Assembly: GCA_965217585.1 (NCBI GenBank)
Contig: OZ244561.1
Coordinates: forward strand, 4,576,001-4,640,000
DNA: 64,000 nucleotides
DNA from: Candidatus Latescibacterota bacterium
GTDB taxonomy: Bacteria; Latescibacterota; UBA2968; UBA8231
Direction: 5' to 3'
Below are positions 25,805 to 35,199 of this stretch, piece after piece. Numbering within the stretch: the stretch's first letter is position 1; the number at the start of each line of letters is the position of its first letter. A program made the translations under genes and the position numbers. The notes beneath the pieces are model-generated. The model ran no database searches, had not been told where the DNA came from, and worked only from the letters and a program-made list of their open reading frames with translations.

Positions 25805-26561
25805 GCGGCCACCAGGCGCGGGTGATTTCGCCGAACTCACGCGGTGTGACCGTGTACACGGGTTTGTTCTTGATCTTCTTGCTCAGGTTGGCGGCTACGG
25901 GGACGATCTGCTGGACTTGCTCTTGGCGGCGGGCAAAGAGGCTTTCCAAGACCTGCCTAAAGAAATCTTCGGACGGCACGGCGAACTTGGGCTTGGTGCG
26001 CTTGATGAGTACGAGCGCGCTCTCGACCTCGGGGCGGGGAGAAAAGGCGTCTTTGCCTACCTGCTCGATCCACTCTACTTGGGCCAGCCGCCCCACGGCG
26101 ACTCCTAGCCGACCATAGCCCTTTTGGCCGACGGTGGCGCACAGCCGCTGAGCCAGCCGCTTGGGCAACATGAGCACGGCCCGCTCAAAGCGCTGGTTTA
26201 GCAGCTTGAATACAATCGGCAGGGCCACTTGATACGGCAGGTTGGCCACCGCCTTGTCAAAGGGCGGAAAATCCACGGCCAACGCATCGCCCCATAGTAC
26301 CTTGAGATGCCCGTGCCGCCGCTGCAAATCCTTTAGACACGGAGCGAACTGGCTGTCTTGCTCCACCGCCACGACCCGCCCGGCTCGCTCCAGCAGCAAC
26401 TGCGTCAGATTGCCGATCCCAGCCCCGATCTCCAGCACGGTATCCCCGGCCGCAATGTCGGCGCAGGCTACTTCTCGGCGCAGGACGGCAGTGTCGGTGA
26501 GGAAGTTTTGGCCGAGACTTTTCTTGGGGCGGATGCGGTAGTTACGCCAAAACTCACTCAA
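25764..26561 (-). CDS. rsmA: 16S rRNA adenine dimethyltransferase (KsgA/Dim1 family), divergent
   Basis: PKKSLGQNFL, LEIGAGIGNLT, GDAL, ANLPY, FSPRPEVES. Confidence 0.8.
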   Translation of the reverse strand: MSEFWRNYRIRPKKSLGQNFLTDTAVLRREVACADIAAGDTVLEIGAGIGNLTQLLLERAGRVVAVEQDSQFAPCLKDLQRRHGHLKVLWGDALAVDFPPFDKAVANLPYQVALPIVFKLLNQRFERAVLMLPKRLAQRLCATVGQKGYGRLGVAVGRLAQVEWIEQVGKDAFSPRPEVESALVLIKRTKPKFAVPSEDFFRQVLESLFARRQEQVQQIVPVAANLSKKIKNKPVYTVTPREFGEITRAWWPLSQPTPRTPRAPS

Positions 26562-26577
26562 ATCACAGTCCAGATTC

Positions 26578-27513
26578 CTAATGCGCTAAAAATCGCTCGG
26601 CTTCAATCGCCGCCATACATCCGGTGCCGGCTGCGGTGACGGCTTGGCGGTACACGGAGTCCTGCACGTCGCCGCAGGCAAAAACCCCGGGGATGGCGGT
26701 TGCGGTCGAATCCGGGTCGGTGAGGATGTAGCCCTGCTCGTTCATGGTCAATGCGCCCGCGAAAAGCTGGGAGTTGGGCACGTGGCCGATGGCCATAAAG
26801 ACCCCCTCGCAGGGAAATTCGCGCGTCTGACCCGTTTGGGTGTCGCGCAGCAGCACCCCGCGCACGGCTAGCTCGCCCTCGGTCTGCAAAATTTCGTCGA
26901 TTGTGGCGTTGACTACGAAGTCGATCTTGTCGTTGTCCTGCGCGCGCTTGAGCATGATTTTGGACGCGCGAAACTCGTCGCGGCGGTGGACGATGGTGAC
27001 CTTGGAGGCGAATTTCGTCAGGTAGGTCCCTTCCTCCATGGCCGAGTCGCCACCGCCGCCGACGACTAGCTCCTTGTCGCGGAAGAAAAAGCCGTCGCAG
27101 GTGGCGCAAGCCGAGACCCCGTGCCCCATGAGCCGCGTCTCGGACTCTAGGCCGAGAAGGCGCGCCGAGGCACCAGTGGCGATGATTAGCGCATCGCAAG
27201 TGTAGGAGGCGTCGTCGCTTTTGACGGCAAAGGGTCGCTTGGACAGATCGACTTCGGTCGCAATTTTGAATTGGCACTCGGCCCCAAAGCGCTGTGACTG
27301 CTGGCGCATCAGATCGACGAGTTCTGGCCCCATGATGCCGTCGGGGAAGCCTGGGTAATTCTCTACGTCCGTGGTAATGGTTAGCTGGCCGCCCGGCTGC
27401 AAGCCCTCTAGGACGAGCGGGGCTAGATCGGCTCTGGCCGCGTACAGGGCGGCGGTCAGTCCGGCTGGACCCGAGCCGACGATGACGACCTTGTAGTGGT
27501 GATTCGCGCTCAT
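26578..27513 (-). CDS. trxB: thioredoxin-disulfide reductase
   Basis: [44 protein letters not shown]. Confidence 0.96.
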   Translation of the reverse strand: MSANHHYKVVIVGSGPAGLTAALYAARADLAPLVLEGLQPGGQLTITTDVENYPGFPDGIMGPELVDLMRQQSQRFGAECQFKIATEVDLSKRPFAVKSDDASYTCDALIIATGASARLLGLESETRLMGHGVSACATCDGFFFRDKELVVGGGGDSAMEEGTYLTKFASKVTIVHRRDEFRASKIMLKRAQDNDKIDFVVNATIDEILQTEGELAVRGVLLRDTQTGQTREFPCEGVFMAIGHVPNSQLFAGALTMNEQGYILTDPDSTATAIPGVFACGDVQDSVYRQAVTAAGTGCMAAIEAERFLAH

Positions 27514-27525
27514 TGTTCTCCTTTT

Positions 27526-28482
27526 TTAGACGATGCGGCTCAAAAGTTCTCGGCCCTCCAACCCGGCCAGCAGGTTGCCCACCGACCGCTCGGCCATGAC
27601 TTGGCGCGTCTGATGAGTCGCGCTGCCTAGGTGGGGTATGATGACGACGTTGTCCAGCGCTAGGAGGGGATGATCGCGGGGCAGGGGTTCGGGTTCGGTT
27701 ACGTCGAGGGCGGCTGCGTGGAGGCCGTTGTTTTGCAGGGTTTCTAACAGTGCGTCGTGATCGACGACGCCTCCGCGCGCGGCGTTGACTAGCACAGCCG
27801 ACTTTTTCATCAGGCCCAGTTCGCGCCGGCCTATCATGCCCCGCGTCTGAGCGGTCAGCGGCATGTTCAAGGTCACAAAATCCGCCTGCTGGAGCAGCTC
27901 GTCCAGCCCGACGTAGCGCGCTCCGAGGTCGGCTTCGGCCTTGGGGTTGCGATGGCGGTTGTGGTACAAGACGGTCATGTCGAAGGCCAGCGCGCGGCGC
28001 GCTACTTGGTAGCCGATGCTGCCCAGCCCGATGATGCCGAGGACTTGGTGGTGTACCTCCTGCCCTAGCATGAAGCTCGGATCGTAGGCCACGAAATCTG
28101 GGCTGCGGGCAAAGCGGTCACCTTGGATGAGGTTGCGCGCCGCGGCCAAGAGGAGGGCGAAGGTCACATCGGCCGTTGCGCCGTCGAGGACGTTGGGCGT
28201 GTTGCCTACGGGGATGCCGCGCTCTTGAGCAGCTTGGAGGTCGATGTGATCAACGCCGACTCCGTAGTTGCTGATGACGCGGAGTTCGGGCATGAGATCC
28301 ATGTATGCGGCGGTGAAGGCGTAGTGGCCGTAGTTGTACACGCCTTCGATGGGGCGGAGGAGTTCGGCTGGGGGCTGCGGGTGCAGCGGATTCCAGCGCA
28401 CGATCTCGGCGCGTTCCTCGATCATGGGGATGATGGTGTAATACGGTTCGATTTCCGAGCGGATTAAGACTTTGTAGGGCAT
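27526..28482 (-). CDS. D-2-hydroxyacid (glyoxylate/hydroxypyruvate reductase-like) dehydrogenase
   Basis: GVGVDHID, GLGSIG, NAARG, DVTEPEP, PHLGSAT. Confidence 0.9.
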   Translation of the reverse strand: MPYKVLIRSEIEPYYTIIPMIEERAEIVRWNPLHPQPPAELLRPIEGVYNYGHYAFTAAYMDLMPELRVISNYGVGVDHIDLQAAQERGIPVGNTPNVLDGATADVTFALLLAAARNLIQGDRFARSPDFVAYDPSFMLGQEVHHQVLGIIGLGSIGYQVARRALAFDMTVLYHNRHRNPKAEADLGARYVGLDELLQQADFVTLNMPLTAQTRGMIGRRELGLMKKSAVLVNAARGGVVDHDALLETLQNNGLHAAALDVTEPEPLPRDHPLLALDNVVIIPHLGSATHQTRQVMAERSVGNLLAGLEGRELLSRIV

Positions 28483-28605
28483 TGTAATTTAGGAAGTAAG
28501 AATTAGGAATTGGGGATTGGATTGTAGGGGAGGGAATATAAAGAAGGCGTCCGTTTCAGCAAGAGACCTTGACGCCTAGGATGGCGTGGGTGACCTTGAG
28601 GCGTC

Positions 28606-29355
28606 ATGCTGATTGCACATCCCAAAGGACACTACCGCTTTCTCCAGGGCATTGACCCCTATTCCTGTGGCGTCGTTGCCGAGCCGGGCTGGGAGATTGT
28701 CCGCGTCGCGCTGGCCGAGCCGCTGCCTTGGCGGGAGGGCTTTGAGCGCGTGGATGCGCATCTGGCGGCGGAAGGGTGCGACCGCGTCGCGCTCTGCGCG
28801 ATGGAACTGCGCTCACCCGCGCCTTTCACCATGCAGGGATTCATCGACTTCAACCGCGAGTACTGCGCCGTCCTGCGGGCGTGGGGTTTGTACGTGGACG
28901 AGCTCAATCCGGTGGCCCGCACTAACGTCGCGCCGGCGTGCGACCCGCCGTCTGTGCCTTCGCTGTATGCCTTTTCCTACGCTATTCCCAATGACCGGAT
29001 CGACCGCAAAACTCTGATCGTGGCTGGGGCTGGCGAATTGCGGGGTGGTCGTCTCGTGGCCGAGGGGATTATTCGCTCCGGTGACACTTCGCCCGCTGCC
29101 ATGCGCGAGAAGGCCGCTTATGTGGCGCAGGTTATGGGCGAGCGGCTCGCGGGTCTCGGCGGGACGTGGGATCTGATCGACGCGGTTGACGTGTACACCA
29201 TCTACCCCTTAGCGGAAATCCTCGAAGAAATTCTCCTGCCGAAGATGGACGCGGCGCGGCGCGGCGGCGTCTGTTGGCACTATGCTCGGCCGCCGGTTGT
29301 GGACATCGACTTTGAGATGGATCTGCACGGCGTGGTGACGCAGCGGATCGTCTGA
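28606..29355 (+). CDS. CnbZ-like (2-amino-5-chloromuconate deaminase-like) protein
   Basis: GHYRF, YSCGV, ELRSPAPFT..GF..FN, NPVARTNV, RPPVVDIDFEMD; family recognised from memory. Confidence 0.65.
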   Translation: MLIAHPKGHYRFLQGIDPYSCGVVAEPGWEIVRVALAEPLPWREGFERVDAHLAAEGCDRVALCAMELRSPAPFTMQGFIDFNREYCAVLRAWGLYVDELNPVARTNVAPACDPPSVPSLYAFSYAIPNDRIDRKTLIVAGAGELRGGRLVAEGIIRSGDTSPAAMREKAAYVAQVMGERLAGLGGTWDLIDAVDVYTIYPLAEILEEILLPKMDAARRGGVCWHYARPPVVDIDFEMDLHGVVTQRIV

Positions 29356-29428
29356 TTCTCTCTCAGTGGATGTCTTTGGCGCGCACGCCTAAAAAATTCA
29401 TTTTTTTAACGCAACGGACATTTCCTGT

Positions 29429-29466
29429 CCGATTAGAGTTTATCTTTCCGATTAGAGCTTATCTTT
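29429..29466. repeat. 19-bp tandem duplication
   Basis: CCGATTAGAGTTTATCTTT followed by CCGATTAGAGCTTATCTTT (18/19). Confidence 0.85.
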
Positions 29467-29474
29467 ATGACTAT

Positions 29475-29639
29475 CTGACGTTACGCCCAGGCCCGTTAGA
29501 TATGGGATGCTTCGCTTGCGCTCAGCATGACGAGGAAGGAAAGCGCTAGCCTCTGTCATGCTGAGCGGAGCACAGCGGAGTCGCAGCATCTCGATACCTG
29601 CCAATGCGGGCACACTGGCAAGACGATGCGTAACATCAG
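29475..29639. mobile_element. MITE-2, 165 bp, carrying an internal inverted REP-type pair
   Basis: TIRs CTGACGTTACGC / GCGTAACATCAG (11/12); flanks TGACTAT and GGACTAT (6/7 TSD); internal GATGCTTCG..CGCTCAGCATGAC and GTCATGCTGAGCG..GCATC inverted arms. Confidence 0.72.
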
Positions 29640-29700
29640 GGACTATATTTGAGGCGGTAACCCCTTTCACTTGGGTACCTAGCCCAAAGGAGTTGACGCT

Positions 29701-30890
29701 ATGAAGGCAATGATCGGCTGTCTCATAGGATTAGTTTTCGGCTGCGATGTCGCAACCAACCTCACGCACGACGCCGGCGACGACTGGTATCCGGCGTGGT
29801 CTCCGGATGGTCAACGCATCGCCTTTGCGTCCAATCGTGATGGGAATGCTGAGCTTTATGTGATGGATGCCGACGGCAGCAATCCAACCAACCTCACACA
29901 CGACGCCGGCCGCGCCCTGCATCCGGCGTGGTCTCCGGATGGTCAACGCATCGCCTTTGTGTCCAGTCGTGATGGGAATGATGAGCTTTATGTGATGGAT
30001 GCCGACGGCAGCAATCCAACCAACCTCACACACGACGCCGGCGACGACTGGCATCCGGCGCGGTCTCCGGATGGTCAACGCATCGCCTTTATGTCCAATC
30101 GTGATGGGAATACTAAGCTTTATGTGATGGATGCCGACGGTAGCAATCTAACTAACTTGAAAACGACAGGTTCCAGTCCTATTGTTTTTATAACTGACTG
30201 CCCAACAATGAGTTATGAAGATAAAATCTTGGAAATGAAAAATCCCGGATTTCAATCAGTATTCTTCTGGTTTCCCTATGAGAAGCGTTCCCAGAATATT
30301 CCGATTTGGGGCAAACCTGTCGTTTTCAAGTAACTAAGCTCACGCACGACGCCGGCGACGACTGGTATCCGGCGTGGTCTCCGGATGGTCAACGCATCGC
30401 CTTTGCGTCCAATCGCGATGGGAATGATGAGATTTATGTGATGGATGCCGATGGCAGCAATCCAACCAACCTCACACACGACGCCGGCGACGACTGGTAT
30501 CTGGCGTGGTCTCCGGATGGTCAACGCATCGCCTTTGTGTCCAAGCGCGATGGGGACGATGAGCTTTATGTGATGGATGCCGATGGCAGCAATCCAACCA
30601 ACCTCACACAAGAGGCCGGCGACGACGGGTATCCGGCGTGGTCTCCGGACGGCCAACGCATCACCTTTGTGTCCGAGCGCGACGGGAATCCTGAGCTTTA
30701 TGTGATGGATGCCGATGGCAGCAACCCAACTAGACTCACACAAGACGCCGGCAGAGACGGGTCTTCGGCGTGGTCTCCGGACGGTCAACGCATCGCCTTT
30801 GTGTCCCGGCGCGATGGGAATGCTGAGATTTATGTGATAGCCGCGGACGGCAGCAGCCTCATTGGAACTACATCGACAGGCAACAACTGA
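29701..30890 (+). pseudogene. TolB-like PD40 beta-propeller (probable lipoprotein) interrupted by MITE-3
   Basis: Seven near-identical 132-bp units (PAWSPDGQRIAFxSxRDGNxELYVMDADGSNPTNLT); LVFGC lipobox-like segment. Removing MITE-3 plus one TSD copy restores AGC AAT CTA ACT AAG CTC (SNLTKL) in frame. Confidence 0.88.
30156..30330. mobile_element. MITE-3, 175 bp, AT-rich
   Basis: Perfect 17-bp TIR CTTGAAAACGACAGGTT / AACCTGTCGTTTTCAAG; TSD TAACTAA at 30149-30155 and 30331-30337 (alternative reading: 18-bp TIR with 5-bp TSD AACTA). Confidence 0.95.
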
Positions 30891-31104
30891 TCCACCAGTG
30901 TTTTACCCTCAGCACTCGTCGGCACATGGACGTATGAGAGTTTTGATCTGTCTGGGCTGTTCGATGTCGTCGTAGAGTACTTCATTAGATAGGATTATCC
31001 TGGACTAAGGCGCATGGACTCCCAGTTCAAATGGATCATCACCACCATGCTGGCGATGACAGGCATCCTCATCGCCGTGATAAAACTCTAAACGCCGTCC
31101 CCAA

Positions 31105-31137
31105 CTCGCCTTCGCTGCCCACGCGGACGAAGGCGAG
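31105..31137. terminator. hairpin between convergent genes
   Basis: CTCGCCTTCG-N13-CGAAGGCGAG, perfect 10-bp stem. Confidence 0.55.
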
Positions 31138-31144
31138 CCGCTTT

Positions 31145-31867
31145 CTAAGGCTGCCAGCGCCAGCCCCGCATCCGCCAATCCACACCAGCCCCGCACAAAG
31201 CCGCCACGTATCCGTCCGCCGGTTCCAAAGCCATCAACTTCCACCGCTCCACCTCGTCCCGCCCCTCGTCCGAGCGCAAAAGCGCCGCCTCTGCTCCCAG
31301 CGACACCGCAAAGGTGCCGAGGCCAGCGGCTATACCGTCGCCCCGCGCCTTGACATAGGCTTCTTTGCGCGTCCAGATGTTGTAAAAAGCCGCTCGCCGC
31401 GCCTCGTCCGGCACCTGCGCCAGCGCCTCCTGCTCCTCCAGCGAAAAGAAGCGCGCGGCGATTTGCTCGTGTGCGACTTGGGGCCGCATCCACTCCACAT
31501 CGACGCCGACCTCGCGGTCGCGCGCTATCGCGTATAGAGCCAGCTCGTGGGTATGGGATACGTTGAAATGCAGCGTCCCCTCTTGCAGGAAAGGCTTGCC
31601 GTGCGCGCCGCGCGAAAAAGCCACCGCGTCGGGAGCTTGACCGAGATACCGACCCAAGAGCTGGCGCAGCATCCCCCGCGCTACCACAAAGCGCCGCTGA
31701 TGGGTGCCGGTGAGCAAACCGCTCGCCCGCTCGCGCTCGTCCGCGCTGAGACAAGCCGCGAGCGCGGCCACCTCACCGGCCGCGTCCAACTCGACGCACC
31801 AGACGTGGATTTCATCGTCGCTGAGTGGAGGCCAGTTCGACGGGGTTTCCCAAGCAATAGTCATCAA
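31145..31867 (-). CDS. Sfp-type 4'-phosphopantetheinyl transferase
   Basis: LSADERERA, HGKPFL, FNVSH, VGVDVE, WTRKEAYVKARGDG. Confidence 0.92.
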   Translation of the reverse strand: MMTIAWETPSNWPPLSDDEIHVWCVELDAAGEVAALAACLSADERERASGLLTGTHQRRFVVARGMLRQLLGRYLGQAPDAVAFSRGAHGKPFLQEGTLHFNVSHTHELALYAIARDREVGVDVEWMRPQVAHEQIAARFFSLEEQEALAQVPDEARRAAFYNIWTRKEAYVKARGDGIAAGLGTFAVSLGAEAALLRSDEGRDEVERWKLMALEPADGYVAALCGAGVDWRMRGWRWQP

Positions 31868-31962
31868 AGGTTCACTTGACGCCGCAGGTTATCGCATTCA
31901 GATTAAAACGAATTAGAAATTCTGAAAACACTTAATCCATATATATAAATAAGGAGTGCCTC

Positions 31963-34272
31963 ATGGCTGCCTTTTCCAGCAAAGATTATCCCAACTACAC
32001 GTCCGACGGCAAGTACAAAGTCATCGGCACCCGCCCTATCCGACACGACGGCGTCGATAAGGTCACCGGCGCGGCCGTGTATGGGGCCGATGTGCGCCTG
32101 CCGGGTCTGCTCTACGGCAAGGTCCTCCGCAGCCCGCATCCCCACGCCGAGATTATCTCGATCGACACCTCCAAGGCCCTCGCGCTCGACGGAGTGCGCG
32201 CCGTGGCCACGGCCGACGACTTGGTCGAGACCGTAGATAAGCTGTCGCACATTGGCGAGACGATGGTCAATGTGCGCGAGATCGCCAAAAACTCGCTGGC
32301 CTCGGACAAGGTGCTCTATACGGGCCACGCGGTCGCGGCCGTATGCGCGGTCAGCCCCCACATTGCCGAAGAGGCCCTCGACCTAATCGAGGTCGAATAC
32401 AAGGTCTTGGAGCCGGTCGTCGATGTCCGCGAGGCCATGCGCGACGACGCCCCGCTTCTCGACGAAGAGCGCACCACGCGCGCGCTCGGCGAGGACACCG
32501 GCAAGAAGAGCAATATCGCCACCCACAATCAGCACGCCATGGGCGACCTCGAAGCGGGCCTTGCCGACGCCGATGTAGTCATAGAGCGCGAATTTCACAC
32601 GGCCACCATTCACCAGGGCTACATTGAGCCGCACAACACGACCGTCTGGTGGAAAAACGACGGCAGCGTCACCGTGTGGGTGAGCACGCAAGGGCCTTTT
32701 GAGATCCGCTCGCAGGTTTCGGAAGTCCTCAACGTGCCGGTCTCCAAGGTCAAGGTTATCCCCTGCGAGATCGGCGGCGGCTTCGGCGGCAAGTTCCCCA
32801 CCTATATGGAGCCTGCTGCGGCCATTATGTCGCACAAAACCGGTCAGCCGGTCAAAATGATCATGAGCCGCACCGAGGTCTTTCAGGGGACTGGCCCGGC
32901 TCCCGGCTCCTATATCAAGGTTAAGATGGGGGCCAAAAACGACGGCACCATCACCGCGGCCCACTGCTACATGGCCTACGAGGCCGGGGCCTATCCCGGC
33001 TCGGCCGTGGGGGCGGGAGCGCAGTGCATCCTCGCGCCGTACAACATCGCCAATGTCACCATCGACGCGTACGACGTGGTCGTCAACAAGCCCAAGTCCT
33101 CGGCCTACCGCGCCCCCGGAGCACCCAACGCGGCCTTTGCCTCGGAGAGCGTCATCGACGAGCTAGCCGAAAAGATCGGCATCGATCCGCTGGAGATGCG
33201 CTTGCAGAACGCGGCCAAAGAAGGGACGCGCCGCGCCGACGGCACGGTGTACAGGCAGATCGGCTGCGAGCAAACCGTGCAAGCTGCCAAGGACTCGGAG
33301 CACTACCAGAGCAAGCTCGAAGGCCCTTGGCGTGGCCGCGGCGTGGCCGGTGGCTTTTGGTTCAACGGCGGCGGCATGTCTTCGGCCGCCATTGCCGTCA
33401 ACGACAACGGCACGATCAACCTCACCGAAGGCTCGGTTGACATCGGCGGCAGCCGCGCCGCCATGGCGATGATTGTCGCCGAGACCCTGGGGCTGGGGGC
33501 CGAGGACATCAACCCCTCCATCCCGGACACCAGCTCGATTGGCTTCACCGGCGGCACCGGCGGCAGCCGCGTGTGCTATGCCACCGGCCACGCCTGCTAC
33601 AACGCGGCCGAGGACGTCAAGGCCGAGATGTGTGGGCGCGCCGCTCGGCAGCTAGAGGTCGTCGAGGACGATATTGAGTTTCAGGACGGTAGCTTTGTCT
33701 GCAAATCCGATCCCGCTCAGCGGCTCACCTTTGCGGAGGTCGCCGCCAACCAGGGCAGCACCGGTGGCCCAATCACCGGCCAGGGCACGATCAACGCCGG
33801 TGGCGCGGGCAGCGCCTTCGCCGTTCACGTCGTTGATGTAGAGGTAGATCCAGATACCGGCAAGGTCGAGATTTTGCGCTACACCGCGGTCCAAGACGTG
33901 GGCAAAGCCATTCATCCCTCGTATGTCGAGGGCCAGATCCAGGGTGGGGCCGTGCAGGGCATTGGCTGGGCGCTCACGGAGGGCTACTTCTACACGGACG
34001 ATGGCCAAATGGCCAATCCCACCTTCCTCGACTATCGGATGCCGACCACCTTTGACATTCCCTTGATCGAAACGATTTTGGTCGAAGTGCCCAATCCGGC
34101 CAGCCCGCACGGGATCCGCGGCGTCGGTGAAGTGCCCTTGGTGCCGCCGATGGCCGCCATTGCCAATGCCATCTACGATGCCATGGGTAGCCGCTTGGGC
34201 GAGTTGCCCATGAGTCCGGATCGGGTCGTCGCTGCCTTGCAGGAGAACCAACTCGTGGAGGCGGCCGGCTGA
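31963..34272 (+). CDS. xanthine dehydrogenase family molybdopterin-binding large subunit
   Basis: DGVDKVTG, RSPHPHA, GGGFGGK, AYRAPG, GQIQGGAVQGIG, RGVGE. Confidence 0.93.
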   Translation: MAAFSSKDYPNYTSDGKYKVIGTRPIRHDGVDKVTGAAVYGADVRLPGLLYGKVLRSPHPHAEIISIDTSKALALDGVRAVATADDLVETVDKLSHIGETMVNVREIAKNSLASDKVLYTGHAVAAVCAVSPHIAEEALDLIEVEYKVLEPVVDVREAMRDDAPLLDEERTTRALGEDTGKKSNIATHNQHAMGDLEAGLADADVVIEREFHTATIHQGYIEPHNTTVWWKNDGSVTVWVSTQGPFEIRSQVSEVLNVPVSKVKVIPCEIGGGFGGKFPTYMEPAAAIMSHKTGQPVKMIMSRTEVFQGTGPAPGSYIKVKMGAKNDGTITAAHCYMAYEAGAYPGSAVGAGAQCILAPYNIANVTIDAYDVVVNKPKSSAYRAPGAPNAAFASESVIDELAEKIGIDPLEMRLQNAAKEGTRRADGTVYRQIGCEQTVQAAKDSEHYQSKLEGPWRGRGVAGGFWFNGGGMSSAAIAVNDNGTINLTEGSVDIGGSRAAMAMIVAETLGLGAEDINPSIPDTSSIGFTGGTGGSRVCYATGHACYNAAEDVKAEMCGRAARQLEVVEDDIEFQDGSFVCKSDPAQRLTFAEVAANQGSTGGPITGQGTINAGGAGSAFAVHVVDVEVDPDTGKVEILRYTAVQDVGKAIHPSYVEGQIQGGAVQGIGWALTEGYFYTDDGQMANPTFLDYRMPTTFDIPLIETILVEVPNPASPHGIRGVGEVPLVPPMAAIANAIYDAMGSRLGELPMSPDRVVAALQENQLVEAAG

Positions 34273-34304
34273 GGAACAGCGCTCTGAGCATTAGCGCCCG
34301 GTTT

Positions 34305-34332
34305 GTAGGGGCGAACGGCCGCTCGCCCCTAC
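34305..34332. repeat. GTAG-type REP palindrome (second copy)
   Basis: GTAGGGGCGAACGGCCGCTCGCCCCTAC. Confidence 0.85.
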
Positions 34333-34350
34333 ATGTCCGGGTTTTGTATT

Positions 34351-35199
34351 ATGGCCGAAAACATCGCCCCCGACGACTTTATCGACGCGCTGCTCCCGGT
34401 CGTCGGCCAGTGCGCCCGCGCCTCGCTGATTTTCTACGGCCAAGTCGCCGACATTGGCAAGGCCGCGGACACAAGCCTCACCGGCAGCAAGGCGCAGGAC
34501 GCCTCCACGGCTTTTACGGTCCTCGACGCAGCCGTGCAGGACATCCTCCTCGCGGCCGTGCTGCAGCACTTCCCGTTTGTGCGCTGCATTGCCGAAGAGC
34601 GCACGCCGCTCAAAAAACGCTTTGCCGGCAACACTTCGCCCTACGCGGTCATCCTCGACCCCATTGACGGCACTTTGCACTTCAAGCGGGGTGACGCTCC
34701 CTATCACATCTCCATAGGCTTGGCCTGCGACGGCCAGATGCTGGCCGCGATTGTCGCGCGGCCCTCAGAGGATAAAATTTTCACGGCCATCAAGGGCGAG
34801 GGTGCTTTCGTGCGCGTCGGCAACGGCCGTCCTCGTCGCTTGCAGCTACCCGGCGAACCACGCACGAATAAAGCCTTCATTTCCTCCAAGGCCCGCCCCT
34901 ATCAGGCCCTCGCCCGCCCCGCGCTGGACCCGCGCGAAAGTCCCATTGGTGCGGCATTGGTCCTCACGGAGATCGCCGAGGGTGCGCTGTGCGCGTATCT
35001 GACGCGCCAAGTCGAAATCTATGACGTCGGCCCGCCGTCGCTGATTGCCGAAGAAGCCGGAGCGCGCTGCTACATTGGGGAACGCCGCCGCCCGACTTAT
35101 ACTCAGCGCCGCAAATTCGGGCATTTCTTGGCGGCGGCCAACGACGAGATCGCCGAACACCTCTTTGCCATCCTGCGCCGCGCGCGCCGAGGCCAATGA
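34351..35199 (+). CDS. inositol monophosphatase (FIG) family protein
   Basis: IAEE, LDPIDGT, YDVGPPSLIAEEAG. Confidence 0.85.
   Translation: MAENIAPDDFIDALLPVVGQCARASLIFYGQVADIGKAADTSLTGSKAQDASTAFTVLDAAVQDILLAAVLQHFPFVRCIAEERTPLKKRFAGNTSPYAVILDPIDGTLHFKRGDAPYHISIGLACDGQMLAAIVARPSEDKIFTAIKGEGAFVRVGNGRPRRLQLPGEPRTNKAFISSKARPYQALARPALDPRESPIGAALVLTEIAEGALCAYLTRQVEIYDVGPPSLIAEEAGARCYIGERRRPTYTQRRKFGHFLAAANDEIAEHLFAILRRARRGQ

Noticed and set aside
29755-30855. Regular repeats resembling a CRISPR array (also 15650-16330)
   Set aside because: The units are 132-bp and 66-bp in-frame coding repeats without unique spacers, and there are no cas genes.
30888-30992. Stop-codon recoding (selenocysteine or pyrrolysine)
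   Set aside because: The gene is already disrupted by a MITE, I saw no SECIS-like context, and other genes end normally at TGA and TAG.
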